The notes under the pieces were generated by a model, which was given only the letters and a program-made list of their open reading frames with translations, was not told the DNA's origin and ran no database searches. From a candidate division WOR-3 bacterium (GTDB lineage Bacteria > Hydrothermota > Tepidihabitantia > SM23-42 > JAOAFX01), in assembly GCA_965648775.1 (NCBI GenBank), contig CBFGIH010000001.1, positions 6,405 to 32,788 on the forward strand: 26,384 bases of DNA, in the 5' to 3' direction. Made by a program: the position numbers and the translations under genes. Positions 24,271 through 26,384 of the stretch are shown here, piece after piece (the stretch's first letter is position 1; every line of letters starts with the position of its first letter).

Positions 24271-25089
24271 ATGAATAAAATGTGCCACCGAGTCTTGCAC
24301 CGGTCCGATGTTCACCTGGATTGGACCACTGACGGACTGCAACTGGCGCTTCGCCAGAGGCGGATCGTAGTCATCGTTGATGTCTTGAGATTCAGTTCGG
24401 CGGTTACCACTGCGGTCGCCAACGGTTTTATCGTGTATCCAGTGGCTGAGCAGAACCGCGTCGAGCAGCTCGCCCGGCGGCTCAGCGCCAATGCCGCGGG
24501 TCGGTCGGGCGAAGCCCGCTTTTCCCTTTCGCCGCTGAGTTATCTGCATATTTCTCCGGCCGGGGCGCGCAAAATCGTACTTTGGTCGCCGAATGGCGCA
24601 GCCTGCGCCAGTCTGATTCGTTCGCGCGACCGTGCTTTTGTTGGCTGCTTGCTCAACGCCCGCGCGCTGGCTTGGCATCTCAATTTTTTGGCCCGGCAGC
24701 AATCCTGCGGCATCACCCTCATCGCCGCCGGTGAACAACAAGCTCGGCGCACAGGCGAGCGCATTCTCTATGATCTCAAAGCCAGCCGCCGGGTTTTCGC
24801 AATCGAGGATTATCTCGGCTGCGGAGCAATCCTTGCGCACCTCCGACTGCCCAAGACACCCGAAGCGCGGGTCTGTGAATCAGCGTTTCTGGCTTCGCGC
24901 CGGGGCCTCAAGAATTTGCTGCTTAACAGTTTCAGCGGCCTTTTCCTGCAGCAAAAAGGCCTGACCGCGGACGTGCTCTGGGCGTCTCAGTTAAACCGCT
25001 ATGATGTCGTCCCGATCATCCGGCATGACCGAATAGAAGCGGTGTCGGATGCTGCCGGCAAAAGCTCACGGACAAGGAGAAAAATATGA
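24271..25089 (+). CDS. 2-phosphosulfolactate phosphatase (ComB) family protein
   Basis: VVIVDVLRFSSAVTTA, RFSLSP, LWSPNGA, GCLLNARA, LIAAGE, FAIEDYLGCGAI. Confidence 0.88.
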   Translation: MNKMCHRVLHRSDVHLDWTTDGLQLALRQRRIVVIVDVLRFSSAVTTAVANGFIVYPVAEQNRVEQLARRLSANAAGRSGEARFSLSPLSYLHISPAGARKIVLWSPNGAACASLIRSRDRAFVGCLLNARALAWHLNFLARQQSCGITLIAAGEQQARRTGERILYDLKASRRVFAIEDYLGCGAILAHLRLPKTPEARVCESAFLASRRGLKNLLLNSFSGLFLQQKGLTADVLWASQLNRYDVVPIIRHDRIEAVSDAAGKSSRTRRKI

Positions 25090-26159
25090 AAAAAGTTTTT
25101 ATTCGGTCAGAAAAAACCGCCGATTTATCACGGCGGCAATTACCGGTGCTGGCGAACGGCGGACTAAATCCACCGGGGCGAATAATTTTAATAAGAAACG
25201 GCGCACTAATGGGATTGTTTTTTATCGTTTTAACCGTCTTGGGATCCGCGGCTTCACTGACCAGCAACGGAGAGCAGAAACCCGCCTCGGTCTACATCGG
25301 CGTATATGTCAATCAGATCTATGACGTGAGCCTTAAAGAAAACCGATTCAACGTGGACTTCTGGCTCTGGTTCCGTTGGTTGGAAGATAATATCAATCCC
25401 CTGGAAAGTTTTGAGGTCGTGAACGGCCGGATTGAAACAAAAGAAGGCGTTTACGAGGATACCGTGCAGGGCTTCAATTATGCCGCTTGCCGGGTGAACG
25501 CGACCATCACCAAGTTCTGGGATATCTCCGAATTTCCCCTCGATAACCATGTGCTGACCATCGAAATCGAAGACAACGAGAATGAAGATTTCAAACTCAC
25601 ATACATCCCCGACCAGGAAAACTGTGGCGTCAATCCCGGCGTGCAGGTGCCCGGCTGGAAATTTCAAAAAGCGTGGAGTGAGGTGACCGTTCACGGCTAC
25701 GCCACGAATTATGGCGACATCTCTTTGCCCACAAACAATAAATCGTGTTATTCGCGTTTCATCTATTCCCTGAAGGTGATCCGACCTGGCCCCGGTTATT
25801 TCTTCAAGCTATTCTTTGGCGTGTTTATCGCGGCCCTGATCGCGTTTCTTGTCTTTTTCATCAAGCCCACGGATCTCGATCCGCGCTTCGGCCTGGGCGT
25901 GGGCGCGATCTTTGCAGCGGTGGCCAGCGAATATGTCATCGCCTCCTCCCTGCCCGAAACAAATATCCTAACCCTGGCCGATAAATTGCACATCGTCGCT
26001 TTTGCCTTTATTTTCTTGTCCATCGCCCAATCTATTCTTTCGTTGAGGCTGTTTACTAACGGCCGGGAAAAAGCATCCCGGCTGCTTGACCGTCTATCCT
26101 TCCCGGTTTTCCTTTTTCTCTATTTAATGCTGAGCTTGCTTTTGATTCTTTTTCGCTAA
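25086..26159 (+). CDS. prokaryotic pentameric ligand-gated ion channel (Pro-loop, GLIC/ELIC superfamily)
   Basis: Extracellular beta-sandwich VYIGVYVNQIYDVSLKENRFNVDFWLWFRW, Pro-loop EFPLDNHVLTIEIE, VPGW, then four TM helices with the M2-M3 loop LPETNILTLAD. Start is 25086 (SD AAGGAGA) or 25209. Confidence 0.92.
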   Translation: MKKVFIRSEKTADLSRRQLPVLANGGLNPPGRIILIRNGALMGLFFIVLTVLGSAASLTSNGEQKPASVYIGVYVNQIYDVSLKENRFNVDFWLWFRWLEDNINPLESFEVVNGRIETKEGVYEDTVQGFNYAACRVNATITKFWDISEFPLDNHVLTIEIEDNENEDFKLTYIPDQENCGVNPGVQVPGWKFQKAWSEVTVHGYATNYGDISLPTNNKSCYSRFIYSLKVIRPGPGYFFKLFFGVFIAALIAFLVFFIKPTDLDPRFGLGVGAIFAAVASEYVIASSLPETNILTLADKLHIVAFAFIFLSIAQSILSLRLFTNGREKASRLLDRLSFPVFLFLYLMLSLLLILFR

Positions 26160-26163
26160 AGAT

Positions 26164-26384
26164 TTATAAAAACAAAGTTACCAGCACCGGCACGAGTAAA
26201 GTCAACACGATACCGCTGAAAACTGCGATCACCGCGTATTCTTTGCCGGCGAAGCGAACAATCACGGGCAAAGTCGTGTCCATGGCCGTGGCGCCGCCGG
26301 CCGCGATCGGCGCCAGTCTTCCCAGATAACGAACCAGAAAGGGCGTCGTTAATAAAGTGATAATTTCCCGGATAATATTTGCCA
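26164..26384 (-). CDS. lysine exporter LysO (YbjE/DUF340) family, C-terminal fragment cut by window edge
   Basis: My translation (not in the ORF track): ANIIREIITLLTTPFLVRYLGRLAPIAAGGATAMDTTLPVIVRFAGKEYAVIAVFSGIVLTLLVPVLVTLFL*. GGAT.MDTTLP is the family motif. Confidence 0.88.
   Translation of the reverse strand, partial: ANIIREIITLLTTPFLVRYLGRLAPIAAGGATAMDTTLPVIVRFAGKEYAVIAVFSGIVLTLLVPVLVTLFL

Noticed and set aside
1-26384. CRISPR array, IS element, rRNA or defence system
   Set aside because: No regularly spaced repeats, transposase, terminal inverted repeats or recognisable nuclease or defence domains were seen.

Overview
A 26.4 kb chromosomal, mostly housekeeping window from a diderm bacterium using standard code 11 (several genes end in TGA). 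The LptF/LptG permeases and a T9SS/FlgD-type C-terminal sorting domain suggest an FCB-related candidate lineage such as WOR-3; this is inference only. Content in order: lptF(partial)-lptG, tRNA-Gln(CTG), a secreted repeat protein, tRNA-Leu(GAG), DUF512-der-plsY-gpsA-MerR-like, purC plus a small conserved protein, a four-gene cluster (small membrane protein, 1243-aa TPR, coiled-coil/TPR, small disordered protein), cNMP-binding protein, TsaP-like LysM protein, alr, divergent argR/argH with ARG boxes, arcC, Yip1, a membrane-bound HD-GYP protein, a ComB-like phosphatase, a pentameric ligand-gated ion channel and a partial LysO exporter. The standout signal is the gene between the two tRNAs. It is split by one in-frame TGA directly after a Cys, in the middle of a sequence repeat, with a bacterial SECIS-like hairpin right behind it. 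This makes it a candidate secreted beta-propeller selenoprotein with a vicinal Cys-Sec pair. Secondary signals are many near-consensus sigma70 promoters with 16-bp spacers and apparently leaderless starts. No mobile element, prophage or CRISPR array was seen.
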